A stretch of DNA of 44,789 nucleotides. Source: a phage. The notes under the pieces were generated by a model. It was not told the DNA's origin. It saw nothing but the letters and a program-made list of their open reading frames with translations, and searched no databases. Location: sequence record PZ379181.1; one strand, 5' to 3'. Below, piece by piece: positions 8,202-18,037 of this stretch; position 1 is the stretch's first letter; each line of letters begins with the position of its first letter. The position numbers and the translations under genes were made by a program.

Positions 8202-8777
8202 TTAAGCGATATCTTCTGAGTAACTCCCAGCACTAAATACAGAGCCGCCAACACTTCGATAACCGTATGGCAAACATATTGGGTATCCAGCAGCTACAGT
8301 GTTAACAGCCGACCCGAATGCGTATGAAGCCCTGTTTTGCGCAGACTCCTGCGTCTTTAATCCAGTTGCTTGTGGGGAAAGTAACTGAGCTACACCGCCA
8401 GCAGCTAGTGAGATACCAGCACCAAGAACAGCGGTTGCAATACCACCAGTAAGGAAGAAGCTAGCACCAATGAGCGCCGCACCTAGTACTGTCTGGAATA
8501 ACCCTCCGCTTTTTCTTCCTTGAGGTATTGGCATAATACGAATCTCACCAACTGCCTTAAAATCCTTGATACGATGTTCATTAAGGTTCTTCCCGTCAGC
8601 AAATATTGCGAACCTAGTCCTTTGTCCAGCATGGCTTTGCATGAACTCTTTAAATGCTGGAATGTTTACCGATAATGCTCGAAGTGCTTCCGGTACAGAC
8701 TCCACGCACAACTCATGGACTTTCCCGTACCTTCTGCCAAGTGACAAGCCCAGCTTAACCTTAATCAGTCTCTGCAT
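8202..8777 (-). CDS. Tail assembly protein (lambda I-like)
   Basis: Start moved to ATG 8777 with AAGGAG RBS; N-terminus MQRLIKVKLGLSLGRR resembles lambda I; Gly/Ala-rich C-terminus. Confidence 0.65.
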   Translation of the reverse strand: MQRLIKVKLGLSLGRRYGKVHELCVESVPEALRALSVNIPAFKEFMQSHAGQRTRFAIFADGKNLNEHRIKDFKAVGEIRIMPIPQGRKSGGLFQTVLGAALIGASFFLTGGIATAVLGAGISLAAGGVAQLLSPQATGLKTQESAQNRASYAFGSAVNTVAAGYPICLPYGYRSVGGSVFSAGSYSEDIA

Positions 8778-9519
8778 TGTAATTTGCTCCTTCTGGTAAA
8801 TCTTTGTGGCGAACGATTCGAACGGTACGCTCACGCCAGTAATCACTATAGGTATCCACTTTACTCATCTTGCCGTAAAGATGGTGCAAGAACTTATTGT
8901 CTCCAATGTAGATTCCTGCGTGGTTTGTGGCCTCACTTTGAATCTGCATCATAATCATGGAGCCAACTGGAATATCATCAGTTTCGACTAGCTCAAATCC
9001 TTCCTTAATCCAGTTGTCATCATAGATATTTTCTCCATACTCCTTGTTCCACCATGGGTAATTAACGCGGTAGTCAGCCAGTTTGACGCCGTGCTTTGCG
9101 TGGAATGACATTATCAATCCCCAGCAATCGAAGCTACCCAAACCCCACGGTCTTCCTGCTAGCGGCATATCAACTGGTTCAAGGATTCGCAGATCTCCTT
9201 CCGGGTAACTAACGATGACATATGGAATCTCGCACTCATTGCAACTGCATATGTCTGCCGGGCTAGGCCTTGTAGTTGCACCATCTCCAGTGTGTGAGTG
9301 AGCTACGTAAACAATTGACTCGCTGTAGCCAAGATTAAAGACAATATTCATGTACTCACTGGCGTCAAGAATGAACTCATTTTCAGGGTCTTTCGATGCG
9401 TTGGTGATTCTATGGTATTTTTGTGCCATGCCTTTTTGGGTGACTACGCCGCAGCACTCGTTTGGGTAATCCTCTTTTGCGTGGCGCATGATTTCTAGTT
9501 TAACTTTTGGTGTAAGCAT
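8761..9519 (-). CDS. Tail tip assembly protein (lambda K-like; JAMM/MPN plus NlpC/P60)
   Basis: Start at ATG 9519 with AAGGAG RBS; ECCGVV and HSHTGDG metal-site motifs. Confidence 0.7.
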   Translation of the reverse strand: MLTPKVKLEIMRHAKEDYPNECCGVVTQKGMAQKYHRITNASKDPENEFILDASEYMNIVFNLGYSESIVYVAHSHTGDGATTRPSPADICSCNECEIPYVIVSYPEGDLRILEPVDMPLAGRPWGLGSFDCWGLIMSFHAKHGVKLADYRVNYPWWNKEYGENIYDDNWIKEGFELVETDDIPVGSMIMMQIQSEATNHAGIYIGDNKFLHHLYGKMSKVDTYSDYWRERTVRIVRHKDLPEGANYNAETD

Positions 9520-9529
9520 TTTATACTCC

Positions 9530-10285
9530 TTAGTTCTGGTTATTCTTGGCTTGCAAGCTAGCAGAGGCACAACCTCCAAATGATAGCTGGTTGTTTTCAC
9601 CAAACCTTAACTTACATGCATCAACAGTTCCGGCGCAGAAATCCAGGCCAGGGTCATCAACCGGATTATTGTCTTTATCAAAGTATCGATTCCCGGCATA
9701 ATCACAACCGTTACCACTACGATACCAGCCACGGGAAGCGAAGTAGCATACTGACTGGACTAACCTCGCTGGAATATAAATGCCATCCATATCAATTGGG
9801 CTAGATAACTCAAAAGAGGCAGTTTTGTAGTCAACCTGCTTTGGACGCTCAATAAAGTAAACCATCTTACGATAATCACCATCTGCAATGCTGCCGTCCT
9901 CATTGATATTATCCCTGATAGTAACCCAAATTGTCACCTTAGCCTTAACCATGCCATTATACTGACGTATTAGCGCGGAAACAGCCTGGTCTACGTTTGA
10001 TAAAATTAGCGTGAGCTTGTTTGCTTTGCCGTCAGAAGTAAGATTAATGCCGCTAATACCGAAAGGCCTGGCTCCATACTCTTCTCCACGGAAAGTGATT
10101 GTCTTGGATGGTAGTGGCTGGCCGGACGCTTGGGCTTGCATGATTTCTTCAGGCGTGTATGAGATGTTCTCCCCATGAAACCTGTAAACCCTTGCCCCGA
10201 ATTTACTTCCGTCAACCTCAATAAGCGTAACCACTTCACCAGGAAAAAGTGATTGAAGCTGGTTTTCAAACTTTAAACTTGCCAT
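9530..10285 (-). CDS. Minor tail protein (lambda L-like)
   Basis: 251 aa; position between M-like and K-like genes. Confidence 0.7.
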   Translation of the reverse strand: MASLKFENQLQSLFPGEVVTLIEVDGSKFGARVYRFHGENISYTPEEIMQAQASGQPLPSKTITFRGEEYGARPFGISGINLTSDGKANKLTLILSNVDQAVSALIRQYNGMVKAKVTIWVTIRDNINEDGSIADGDYRKMVYFIERPKQVDYKTASFELSSPIDMDGIYIPARLVQSVCYFASRGWYRSGNGCDYAGNRYFDKDNNPVDDPGLDFCAGTVDACKLRFGENNQLSFGGCASASLQAKNNQN

Positions 10286-10294
10286 ATTCTCTCC

Positions 10295-10319
10295 AATAAA
10301 AAAGGCCCTCTATGGGCCT
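10295..10319 (-). terminator. Hairpin plus T-run between M-like and L-like genes
   Basis: AGGCCCTCTATGGGCCT followed on minus strand by TTTTTTATT. Confidence 0.5.
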
Positions 10320-10323
10320 TAGT

Positions 10324-10674
10324 TTAACTCATTGAAGTAAAAACTTCAGTAAATTGCATGCTAACAGTCTGGACTTCTTTTGTGCTAGGAGTGACGCTGA
10401 TACTATCCTGCTGAATAACAAACAGCTTTAATTCACCCTGTGGCGTAGTCCATGCGAAAGGTTTTACAATGTGATCAAAGCAGAAGTTCATTACTGCCTC
10501 CCACTCACGACCAACGTAGCTAACCGTATACGTCCTTTTGTTTGTCCTGTATCCTCCAGTACCCCTTTGTTCAAAGCCGTTGCCAAAGGATACAATTCTA
10601 ACGTTGTTCTTGTTACTAAATAATGATCCACCGTTGAGAACGTTCAAGCACCAGTTAAATGTTTGCAATGCCAT
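10324..10674 (-). CDS. Minor tail protein (lambda M-like)
   Basis: 116 aa directly downstream of tape measure gene. Confidence 0.6.
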   Translation of the reverse strand: MALQTFNWCLNVLNGGSLFSNKNNVRIVSFGNGFEQRGTGGYRTNKRTYTVSYVGREWEAVMNFCFDHIVKPFAWTTPQGELKLFVIQQDSISVTPSTKEVQTVSMQFTEVFTSMS

Positions 10675-10686
10675 TTAAAATCCTTA

Positions 10687-10700
10687 GGGGCCGAAGCCCC
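10687..10700 (-). other. GC hairpin GGGGCCGAAGCCCC just after tape-measure stop
   Basis: Near-identical element at 286-299 after erf stop. Confidence 0.5.
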
Positions 10701-10705
10701 GTTAA

Positions 10706-13687
10706 TTAGTTGTAACCCCTCAGATAAGCAAAGGCTCTTCCGCCCTGCTGGAATGACTTGCTGATTTCCTCAGCAACGATAACCTTGACTCCAGATTCTA
10801 TCGCCTTAGCATCATTTCCGCCACCAATTCCAGAGTTTACGTTAACCGTCACGCCGCCAACACTGACATTCGTGCCACCAACAACTCCACCATTAGCATA
10901 GCCAGAGGGCCCACCAACAGCGCCGCCATTTGCATAACCTCGCATTAGCTTGTACAGGTTCTTAACGCCAATCCTGCTTGTAGCTTCTTTTGTGAATACA
11001 AACTCACCGCGGTGCACAGTTCCAGCAGGTTGATACTTCCCGCCGTCTCCAGTGTAGCCGCCACCAGCAAAGCCAATTGCTGACTTTATTGACTCAAAGG
11101 CACTACCTGCTCCAGTGTCACCACCAAAGCTCTTAATTGTAGATTCAATAGCCTTTACCAAAAGTAGCTGAGTTGCAATTTTCGCAATCATTTTCAGTAT
11201 GTTTGCCGTGAACTCCCTGAAATTAGTCTCTCCAGTGGTTACAAGGTTTGTAATCTGGTCGGTAATTCCATCAAAAGCTGCGACAGTCAAATCCTTAGCA
11301 ATTTGGTTGAAGTCAGTGTACTTCTCAGTTAAGTCAGCAAGCGTTGAAGTTACACCAGCTTGCCAGTCTGACCTTAGGTTATCTTCCTGCCTGTAGTATT
11401 CTTTTCTTGCTTCCAGCAGATTTTGGAAATCAACATCATTTACAGAGCCACCCTTGTTTACCTGATTGGACTCTAGCGCCTGAAGTTCTCCTGCCCTTTG
11501 CCGCTCCCTTTCGGATAGACCCGCAGCAAGTGAAACATTCTTCGCCTCATTGGTAATCTGTATTGTCTTCTTAAGGTTGTCATCAAGTAACTTGTTTGAC
11601 CTCTCCTGAAGCACAATCTGGTCACCAAGTTCAGCCTTCTGTTTAGCCTGTTCAAGAATGATATTCTTCTGCGCAAGTAGCTTAGCCTGTGATTTTGTAA
11701 GCGTACCATCCGCTTGTCTTTGTTCAAGTATTGCAAACTTCGCTTCTTCCTGGAATAACTGCTTTCTTTCATTGCTTATTACATCATTTATCGTTCTGTG
11801 CTCTTGTAAGACCTTTAACTGAGCCTGAAGTGCAAGAACGCCAGATTCATAAGATAAAGTTAAATCACTTTCTTCTTTTACAGCCTTTTTCCTCTCACTC
11901 CTTGCTTTCTTTATCGCATCATACTCATCGGCAAGAGCCTTCTTCCTTGCTGCAAACTCCTTATCGGTTGATGCATTATTGCCGCTAAGGTTGGTGTTAT
12001 TGTTGTTCTCGACATAACCAAGCTCACCCTTCCTGATTCTCGCATCTCGCTCAGCTATGCTTTTTGCTAACTCCTCATTTTGCTTCTTAGCTGCATCAAC
12101 AATCTTTTGCTGCTCAGCGATTGCTTCATTGCCTAAATCGCCAAGTCCAGGTATTGACTGAAGTGTCTTGGTTGCTGCTATTGCAAACTCGCCCAATAGG
12201 ATATCACCGGAGTTTATTAACGACCTTATCTGCTCAATAGTCCCAGCAACAACGTCAGTTATTAAGTTAAGCGCCCCAAGCGTCCTTTTGCTTATATCAT
12301 CCCAAATCTCACTTACAAACTTCCTGAAGCTATTCCATGCGCTCTCAAGAGGGTTAAGGCTTAGTGCTACGTCTGCTAGCCTGTTTTCCATAACGTTAGC
12401 GAATAGCTCAGTAGCTGCGGTTACAGCCTCTGTTTCTCCAGCCGTCTTCCTGATATTCTCAATGTATTTCAATTGCCCAGACTGAAGGAAGTTGAACTGC
12501 TTATCGAGTGCAATCAGACCTTGAATTGGGTCCTTTGTAATCTGATCAAAGTATCCAAGAATAGTTTTCGAGTCTGTTGATGTTACAGTTGCCCATTGTG
12601 CTGTCGCCTTGGTTATCTTATCTATCTGCGTAAGAGTCAGATTACCGTTTGCTACCAGGCTGTTAGCTATCTCCTGGATAAGTCCGCGCGTGGCTAGTGT
12701 TGAACTCTCAATTCCATCAACAACCTGATTTATCTGCGCTGTCGACGTGATAGTTGAGTTGCCAACCAATGTTATCGTTGATGCTAGTCCGCGAGTGTTC
12801 TTGTCAGCCTGATAAGCAGCAACACCAAGAGCGCCGAGGGCCAAGCCCAAAGTCCCAACAACTGCCGTTAATGGGTTAATGGCTGCCAGTGCGAACCTTG
12901 CGGTGTTAGCAATACCACCAAAGCTATCCTTAATCTGCCCACCCTGCTGAATTGCAATTAGCCAGATTGGGATACCACCAGCTAGAGAGGTTCCGATATC
13001 TGTAATCTGCGCTGGAAGCTGTCGAATTGCTTGCTTGTATTGACCGGCACTAAGCCCAGACTTAACAAAAGCGGAGCTTTGCTTCTGCAATTGTACCGCA
13101 GATGCCTCGGCAGCCTTTCCAATCCTGTCGATAATCGGTGCAGCCTGGTCACCAACTCCTAGCTGAGCAGCCTTAAGCTGAAGAAGTTCAGTCCTTGTCA
13201 GGCTTGCTGCATTCGCCTCGTTCTCAAGAGATTGAATGAACTTTTGCGCTGCTGTTGTTGCTTTCTCTTTATCTATTGATGCCTGTAGTGCAGCCCTGCC
13301 TTCTTCGCTAAGAGCGGCTTTAGACCTGTTTAGCTTATTGATTTGAGTTTCAATAACAGAGCCAAGCCTGAAGAATTCATCATCAGGAACTATCCCGGAT
13401 TCAAATGCTTTGTCCAAATCTGTTGCTGCTTTCTGCAACTTCAGGAATTTAGCAGCGGTTGGGTCTATGGCTTGCTGAAGTGATGCGAAAGATTTGCGCT
13501 GCTCCTCAAGCTGCCTTGCAGTGTCCCTTGCTTGAGTCTTGGCTACAAGTTCGGCGTTGACGAAGCTATTAATGCCTGTTGCAGCTTGCTCGTTTGCTTG
13601 CCTGAATTTCTGTAAGGATTGCGTACCCTTATCGACCTGAGCTACGTCGACGGCTAGCGTGATACCAGCAATTTCGTTAGTTGCCAT
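10706..13687 (-). CDS. Tail tape measure protein
   Basis: 993 aa, Ala/Gln-rich coiled-coil composition, Gly-rich C-terminal region; after G/GT chaperone genes. Confidence 0.85.
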   Translation of the reverse strand: MATNEIAGITLAVDVAQVDKGTQSLQKFRQANEQAATGINSFVNAELVAKTQARDTARQLEEQRKSFASLQQAIDPTAAKFLKLQKAATDLDKAFESGIVPDDEFFRLGSVIETQINKLNRSKAALSEEGRAALQASIDKEKATTAAQKFIQSLENEANAASLTRTELLQLKAAQLGVGDQAAPIIDRIGKAAEASAVQLQKQSSAFVKSGLSAGQYKQAIRQLPAQITDIGTSLAGGIPIWLIAIQQGGQIKDSFGGIANTARFALAAINPLTAVVGTLGLALGALGVAAYQADKNTRGLASTITLVGNSTITSTAQINQVVDGIESSTLATRGLIQEIANSLVANGNLTLTQIDKITKATAQWATVTSTDSKTILGYFDQITKDPIQGLIALDKQFNFLQSGQLKYIENIRKTAGETEAVTAATELFANVMENRLADVALSLNPLESAWNSFRKFVSEIWDDISKRTLGALNLITDVVAGTIEQIRSLINSGDILLGEFAIAATKTLQSIPGLGDLGNEAIAEQQKIVDAAKKQNEELAKSIAERDARIRKGELGYVENNNNTNLSGNNASTDKEFAARKKALADEYDAIKKARSERKKAVKEESDLTLSYESGVLALQAQLKVLQEHRTINDVISNERKQLFQEEAKFAILEQRQADGTLTKSQAKLLAQKNIILEQAKQKAELGDQIVLQERSNKLLDDNLKKTIQITNEAKNVSLAAGLSERERQRAGELQALESNQVNKGGSVNDVDFQNLLEARKEYYRQEDNLRSDWQAGVTSTLADLTEKYTDFNQIAKDLTVAAFDGITDQITNLVTTGETNFREFTANILKMIAKIATQLLLVKAIESTIKSFGGDTGAGSAFESIKSAIGFAGGGYTGDGGKYQPAGTVHRGEFVFTKEATSRIGVKNLYKLMRGYANGGAVGGPSGYANGGVVGGTNVSVGGVTVNVNSGIGGGNDAKAIESGVKVIVAEEISKSFQQGGRAFAYLRGYN

Positions 13688-13724
13688 GTTGTCTCCATAA
13701 TAAAAAAGCCACCCCGAAGGATGG

Positions 13725-14353
13725 CTATTTCTTGGCGTTCATCATATCTAAGGCTTTACCCTCAAGTATTCTGATGTCGTTAAGTACCATTTCGTCATCA
13801 TCTATTTTATAGACTTTGAACAAGAATGGAAGGCAATTATAATCAAGGCCTGTGGCACCGCAAGCCCCTACTCGCCATTGAGTTGACATGGCACAGTACA
13901 CATCCCAGCTTTGCATCATTGTTTCATCGAAGTATAACTCTTCAGGCTCATCACCTTCATAATCGGAACGTTTCATTCCGATAGCTTCGAGTTCAGCATC
14001 CGTTGGCGGTGACTGGTATTGTAAGTATACTGCGCGTTTTAGTTTTTTACTCGCTGACCTGCTAGCGCTTTCATGTAGCTATCCATCAGTGATGGAACGG
14101 CACCAGGGAAAAGGTTGGCAAACTCATCTACGTTCTCATCGGTAAATGGTTCTTCTAAATCCCAGTCAGAGCAGATTTCGTTAATCAATTCTTTAGTGCT
14201 GAAGTTTTCACGATTAAGAATCTCCTGAAGTTCAGATGATTTCTTGTGCTTAACTGTTAGTACCACCTCTGCATCTTCACCATTCGCTAACTGAAACTTA
14301 ACCGGAAGTTTAAAGTCAGGCAGCGCCTTAAGTGAAAGTTTAAATTTTGCCAT
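13725..14353 (-). CDS. Tail assembly chaperone G and G-T fusion via -1 frameshift
   Basis: G frame 14039-14353 (104 aa); T frame open from 14048 to stop at 13725; slippery A AAA AAC at 14042-14048 just before G stop. Confidence 0.65.
14042..14048 (-). other. Programmed -1 ribosomal frameshift slippery heptamer A-AAA-AAC
   Basis: Plus strand GTTTTTT; -1 frame verified open by hand translation into the T ORF. Confidence 0.6.
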
Positions 14354-14388
14354 CTCGTTATCTCCTTTGTTTGTGTTGAATGATTATA

Positions 14389-14637
14389 TTACTTTGATTC
14401 GTTTTTTACAATGTTGTGAGCAACTTCGGTGCACACTTCACGACCATAGTGCAGAATCTGGTTTGTCTTATCGCCAGCTACTTTTTCACAATGCGAGTAT
14501 GCACTATTAAATTCATGTTCATACTTTATTGCATCAGAGTTTGCGGTTTCGCCACCAGTTGGGTTAACAATCTGAATTGCCAGGTAGAAAGCACCAAGAG
14601 CAGCAGCAAGTTTGATGATGTTTTTAACGTTGTTCAT
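14389..14637 (-). CDS. Small secreted/membrane protein (82 aa), moron-like
   Basis: N-terminal hydrophobic segment IIKLAAALGAFYLAIQI; own operator module upstream and terminator before it. Confidence 0.5.
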   Translation of the reverse strand: MNNVKNIIKLAAALGAFYLAIQIVNPTGGETANSDAIKYEHEFNSAYSHCEKVAGDKTNQILHYGREVCTEVAHNIVKNESK

Positions 14638-14698
14638 TTCACTAATATCTCATTTCGTTTCGATGAATGAACTATACAGCAATCCGCGATTTGGTCTT

Positions 14699-14713
14699 TA
14701 ACAAAAAGTGCTA
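14699..14713 (-). promoter_or_regulatory. Operator/promoter module (degenerate half TAACA) upstream of 82-aa gene
   Basis: TAACAaaaagTGCTA with downstream TATAGTT...CATCGAAACGA leader. Confidence 0.45.
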
Positions 14714-14718
14714 TCAAT

Positions 14719-14742
14719 AAAAAACCCTCCGAAGAGGGTTTA
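14719..14742 (-). terminator. Rho-independent terminator after major tail protein gene
   Basis: AACCCTCTTCGGAGGGTT hairpin followed by T6 on minus strand. Confidence 0.7.
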
Positions 14743-14745
14743 TAT

Positions 14746-15423
14746 TTATGACAGTTCAGAAGCTACAGAACTCAACCTACCACGGATAGATACCGCGATG
14801 GATACCGTTTCGATTTCGTTAACACCAATGCTTGGGGTGTCGTTGAAAGCGATAGTGCCAGACTGGAGACGCATCTCGCTAGCTCGAGGTACGAACAGAC
14901 GAATAGCAACAACAGTACCAGCTTCGTCATAGTTACGCAGAATCGGATATACCGGGTTGGTGTATTCGTGCGCAAACGTGTAGGTGTTGGTTACCGCAGA
15001 CTTATAAGTTGGAATCTGCTGCTCACGATCATCAGATAAACACTGGAAGTTAACGAACTGCTGTTCGCCGCCATCAGTGGATACGTCCTGAACACAAGGA
15101 ACTTCAAACCAAGTAAGAATCTTAACAACTTCACCAGTTAAGCCAGCTGGTAACTTAGTGGTGTTGGAGGTATCAATACCTTCAACAGTTACGGTTGAAC
15201 CAGATACCTCGGTAACGCGAACTTGCTTATCAGCCAGCAGGGTCGAAGCTGAGCTGGTAAATAGCAGGTAATCACCGCGTGCAATATCGGCAACGCTGGA
15301 CAAAGTTAAAACAGGAGTAACAGCATTGGAAATTGCAGTTACGTCGATAGCAGCTCCCCTAGTGCCTTCTACGAAGACCTGAGTGCCGTTTGATAAATGA
15401 GCAATAATACACCTCCAAATCAA
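14746..15423 (-). CDS. Major tail protein
   Basis: 225 aa between tail-terminator-like gene and G/GT chaperone; no in-frame ATG, apparent TTG start at 15423 (internal GGAGGTG SD-like sequence). Confidence 0.6.
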   Translation of the reverse strand: MIWRCIIAHLSNGTQVFVEGTRGAAIDVTAISNAVTPVLTLSSVADIARGDYLLFTSSASTLLADKQVRVTEVSGSTVTVEGIDTSNTTKLPAGLTGEVVKILTWFEVPCVQDVSTDGGEQQFVNFQCLSDDREQQIPTYKSAVTNTYTFAHEYTNPVYPILRNYDEAGTVVAIRLFVPRASEMRLQSGTIAFNDTPSIGVNEIETVSIAVSIRGRLSSVASELS

Positions 15424-15427
15424 TGAC

Positions 15428-15937
15428 TTAAGATACGTGCCTTTCTCGGCTTGCGTGATTTATGTGATAACCAAGTGATACCTCAGCAACAATTCTTGCT
15501 TCGCATGCGGATATGAAACTCTTATAGTGACCAAGACTAATTTTCTTGCCATTATCTGATATCATCGCATGCCAAAGGTTATCACGATTATTGTAGTTTA
15601 CACCATTAACGCCTGGGAATGAACGTTTTCTAGTGCCTTGATTCCTTCTATTTTCAGTTGCAGTAACACACCTTAAATTCTCAATGCGATTATCACTTCG
15701 ATTTCCGTTTAAGTGATCAATTTGCATGCCTTCAGGAATATCTCCATTATGCATCGTCCAAACAATCCTGTGGATATACATCTTACCAGTCTTTGATACG
15801 TAAGTCTTTACGTATCCGTTACTAGAACCATAACCAGCAGGATTGCCTTTTCCTTTTTTAAAGATTTGACCATCACGATAATCGTAAAGAGAATTCAAGA
15901 ACTCTTTCATTTGCAACCTTTTAGTCAAGACGAACAT
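15428..15937 (-). CDS. HNH homing endonuclease with AP2-type DNA-binding domain
   Basis: IHRIVW...IDHLNGNRSDNRIENLR HNH motif; inserted between tail genes. Confidence 0.8.
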   Translation of the reverse strand: MFVLTKRLQMKEFLNSLYDYRDGQIFKKGKGNPAGYGSSNGYVKTYVSKTGKMYIHRIVWTMHNGDIPEGMQIDHLNGNRSDNRIENLRCVTATENRRNQGTRKRSFPGVNGVNYNNRDNLWHAMISDNGKKISLGHYKSFISACEARIVAEVSLGYHINHASRERHVS

Positions 15938-16319
15938 AGAAACGAACTGGAATAAACCAGCCAGATTTTGACTTCACGACTGGGTGAACTACTCCGCCCT
16001 TATAAATGTAGCCTGTGTCAAGCATTGTACCATCAAGCATTGATTCTGCCAATTGATTCGCTAATCTCCTTGCACTGTCGACACCATCACCTGGTGAGAA
16101 AAAGACGGATACCTGAACCATGCCAACATAGTACTTACACTTGCGACTCAGGCTGTAGGTTACGGTATCTGCCTCTGTGTAATCGTATTTCAGCCACATA
16201 CCACCATTATTGGGAGGAGAGAAGGCTACGTTTTCATAGGAAATTGGATACCTGACTGGAAACGTTTCAACCAAATCAGTCACAAACCTCCTTGCTGCTA
16301 AGGATAGCTCATACTGCAT
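15921..16319 (-). CDS. Putative tail terminator / tail completion protein
   Basis: 132 aa; position immediately before major tail protein gene. Confidence 0.45.
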   Translation of the reverse strand: MQYELSLAARRFVTDLVETFPVRYPISYENVAFSPPNNGGMWLKYDYTEADTVTYSLSRKCKYYVGMVQVSVFFSPGDGVDSARRLANQLAESMLDGTMLDTGYIYKGGVVHPVVKSKSGWFIPVRFYVRLD

Positions 16320-16756
16320 TATCTTTTACTCCTTGCTTCGGCAACTGCCTCTTCGAAGTATCTTCCTAACCTGATATTCACAACGCCAAGGACACCTGCT
16401 GGAGCTTGTCGTGACGCTCCATACTCAAGGTCAGAGGCGTAATCAAGCCTGTTAGTTATGTAGATAACCTTTGTCGCTGGTGAATTAGCCACAGCTCGAG
16501 CTTGCCTTGCCAGATACCTTTTTGTATCTCCACCTGTTTTGTCGTAATCATTCAGAGACTGAGCGGCTGGGGAGTTCGCTGTAATCTGCCAGTTAGCCTT
16601 AAACCTACCAGTATCAACAGGCGATAAATCAACGATGGCGTTAGCAGCCTTAATTACAGTGCCAGAAACAATATCAGAGAAGTTATCATCAGCTCTATCA
16701 ATCCAATCAGCAATACTATTCGTAAATGTAGCCAACCCACCAATATTTCTAGCCAT
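16319..16756 (-). CDS. Neck protein (HK97 gp10-like)
   Basis: Start moved to ATG 16756; GRFKANW motif; position in head-tail joining block. Confidence 0.45.
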   Translation of the reverse strand: MARNIGGLATFTNSIADWIDRADDNFSDIVSGTVIKAANAIVDLSPVDTGRFKANWQITANSPAAQSLNDYDKTGGDTKRYLARQARAVANSPATKVIYITNRLDYASDLEYGASRQAPAGVLGVVNIRLGRYFEEAVAEARSKR

Positions 16757-17120
16757 AGGTAGCAACCCTCCTTAGAATTGGTCTGTAAGCCACTATAGTT
16801 CCTGTTGGTTTGACTGGCCTCGGGTCGACTACAGTGTAAGTTTCATCTTCAACTATAATCCTGTAGCCCTGCAAGATTGGGACTTCAGAAGTGAAAATTC
16901 CACGCTTGTCACCAAACTGGATATATTCGCCATCAATATCTCTGGTTTTAATCTCCCTCACCAGCCCCTTGATTAATGCAGTGCCGCCAGCTACAGGAAC
17001 CTCAACGCCGTCAACAATTTCGACACCACCTTTACCAGTATTCATCGTGAATGTACCATCGCCATCACTAAAGATATTGATGCCCGTGCGCATTAATGAT
17101 TCTACTTGGGAGTAATTCAT
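16749..17120 (-). CDS. Head closure / head-tail adaptor protein
   Basis: Start at ATG 17120 (ATGA overlap with upstream stop); position. Confidence 0.4.
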   Translation of the reverse strand: MNYSQVESLMRTGINIFSDGDGTFTMNTGKGGVEIVDGVEVPVAGGTALIKGLVREIKTRDIDGEYIQFGDKRGIFTSEVPILQGYRIIVEDETYTVVDPRPVKPTGTIVAYRPILRRVATYG

Positions 17121-17512
17121 TGGCAACCGCACTCACGCCCAGCGGACGTAATCAAGCCAAATCCGCCGCCTTTCTTGCGCAGGAGATTCCAGTAAAGTCG
17201 GCCCCACGGCGTAGCTGTCAATGATGATTGAGTTTGCGAGGTGGATTCATAGCTGATAGAAAATTCACCGCTCAGGGAGTAACTTGCCACCTTCTTGCCA
17301 TAATCATCCAGCGACTCATTCTGCTTAAGCGCGCCATCAAGAAAGGCAATGTGCAGAGTGTATAGCGACAGCGCTTTATAAGCATCATCACCAAACTTAC
17401 TGGTGCAGATGTATAGCTTAGCTAACTCAAGCCATACGTCCAGCGTTTCATCTGGAATATTCTTAAGAGCAGGAACCAGCGACTTCATAAAGGCTAATGC
17501 TTGTTCGTTCAT
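17117..17512 (-). CDS. Head-tail connector protein
   Basis: Start at ATG 17512 with GGAGG RBS; position after capsid genes. Confidence 0.4.
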   Translation of the reverse strand: MNEQALAFMKSLVPALKNIPDETLDVWLELAKLYICTSKFGDDAYKALSLYTLHIAFLDGALKQNESLDDYGKKVASYSLSGEFSISYESTSQTQSSLTATPWGRLYWNLLRKKGGGFGLITSAGRECGCQ

Positions 17513-17553
17513 AAAACCTCCATACAAAAACGGACGCCTAAGCGCCCATTTGG

Positions 17554-17799
17554 TTATTTATATTCCTGACCAGTCTGAGCTTCGTCAATGGTCTTCGGTT
17601 CTTTGCGCTTAGATTTTGATTTAACCTCTGCGATAATCTCTTTGGTTGCCTTCGCGTCTCCATCAACCTGCAAGCGACCTTCTGCAATGAGGCTTTTAAG
17701 TCCAGCGTTGATTTCCTCAACCTCAATGAATTCACCTGGCATGTAATTCACTCCACGAAAGGTAATCATGCACGCGCCAGTGTGTTCTAAACGAATCAT
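17554..17799 (-). CDS. hypothetical protein (81 aa)
   Basis: ATG start; TATAAT-like -10 and AAGGAGAG RBS upstream; after the capsid terminator. Confidence 0.45.
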   Translation of the reverse strand: MIRLEHTGACMITFRGVNYMPGEFIEVEEINAGLKSLIAEGRLQVDGDAKATKEIIAEVKSKSKRKEPKTIDEAQTGQEYK

Positions 17800-17863
17800 T
17801 TATTGCTCTCCTTTTATTAATTGATGGTTGATTATAACCCATCATATCATTTTGGTACAGGCG

Positions 17864-17886
17864 AAAAAAACCCTCCGTAGAGGGCG
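17864..17886 (-). terminator. Rho-independent terminator after major capsid gene
   Basis: CCCTCTACGGAGGG hairpin followed by T7 on minus strand. Confidence 0.75.
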
Positions 17887-18037
17887 ATTTATTAGGCGTA
17901 GGTAATGCCCTTCAGTACTGATACAGTTAGCGGCCTATAGATGATCAAGCCCGTCGCTTTAGAGGTTACCGGGTACTTGAAATGCAAATCCTTCGGCTGG
18001 CCAGGTAGCACGTTCGTCACTTCCGGAATCTCAATAC

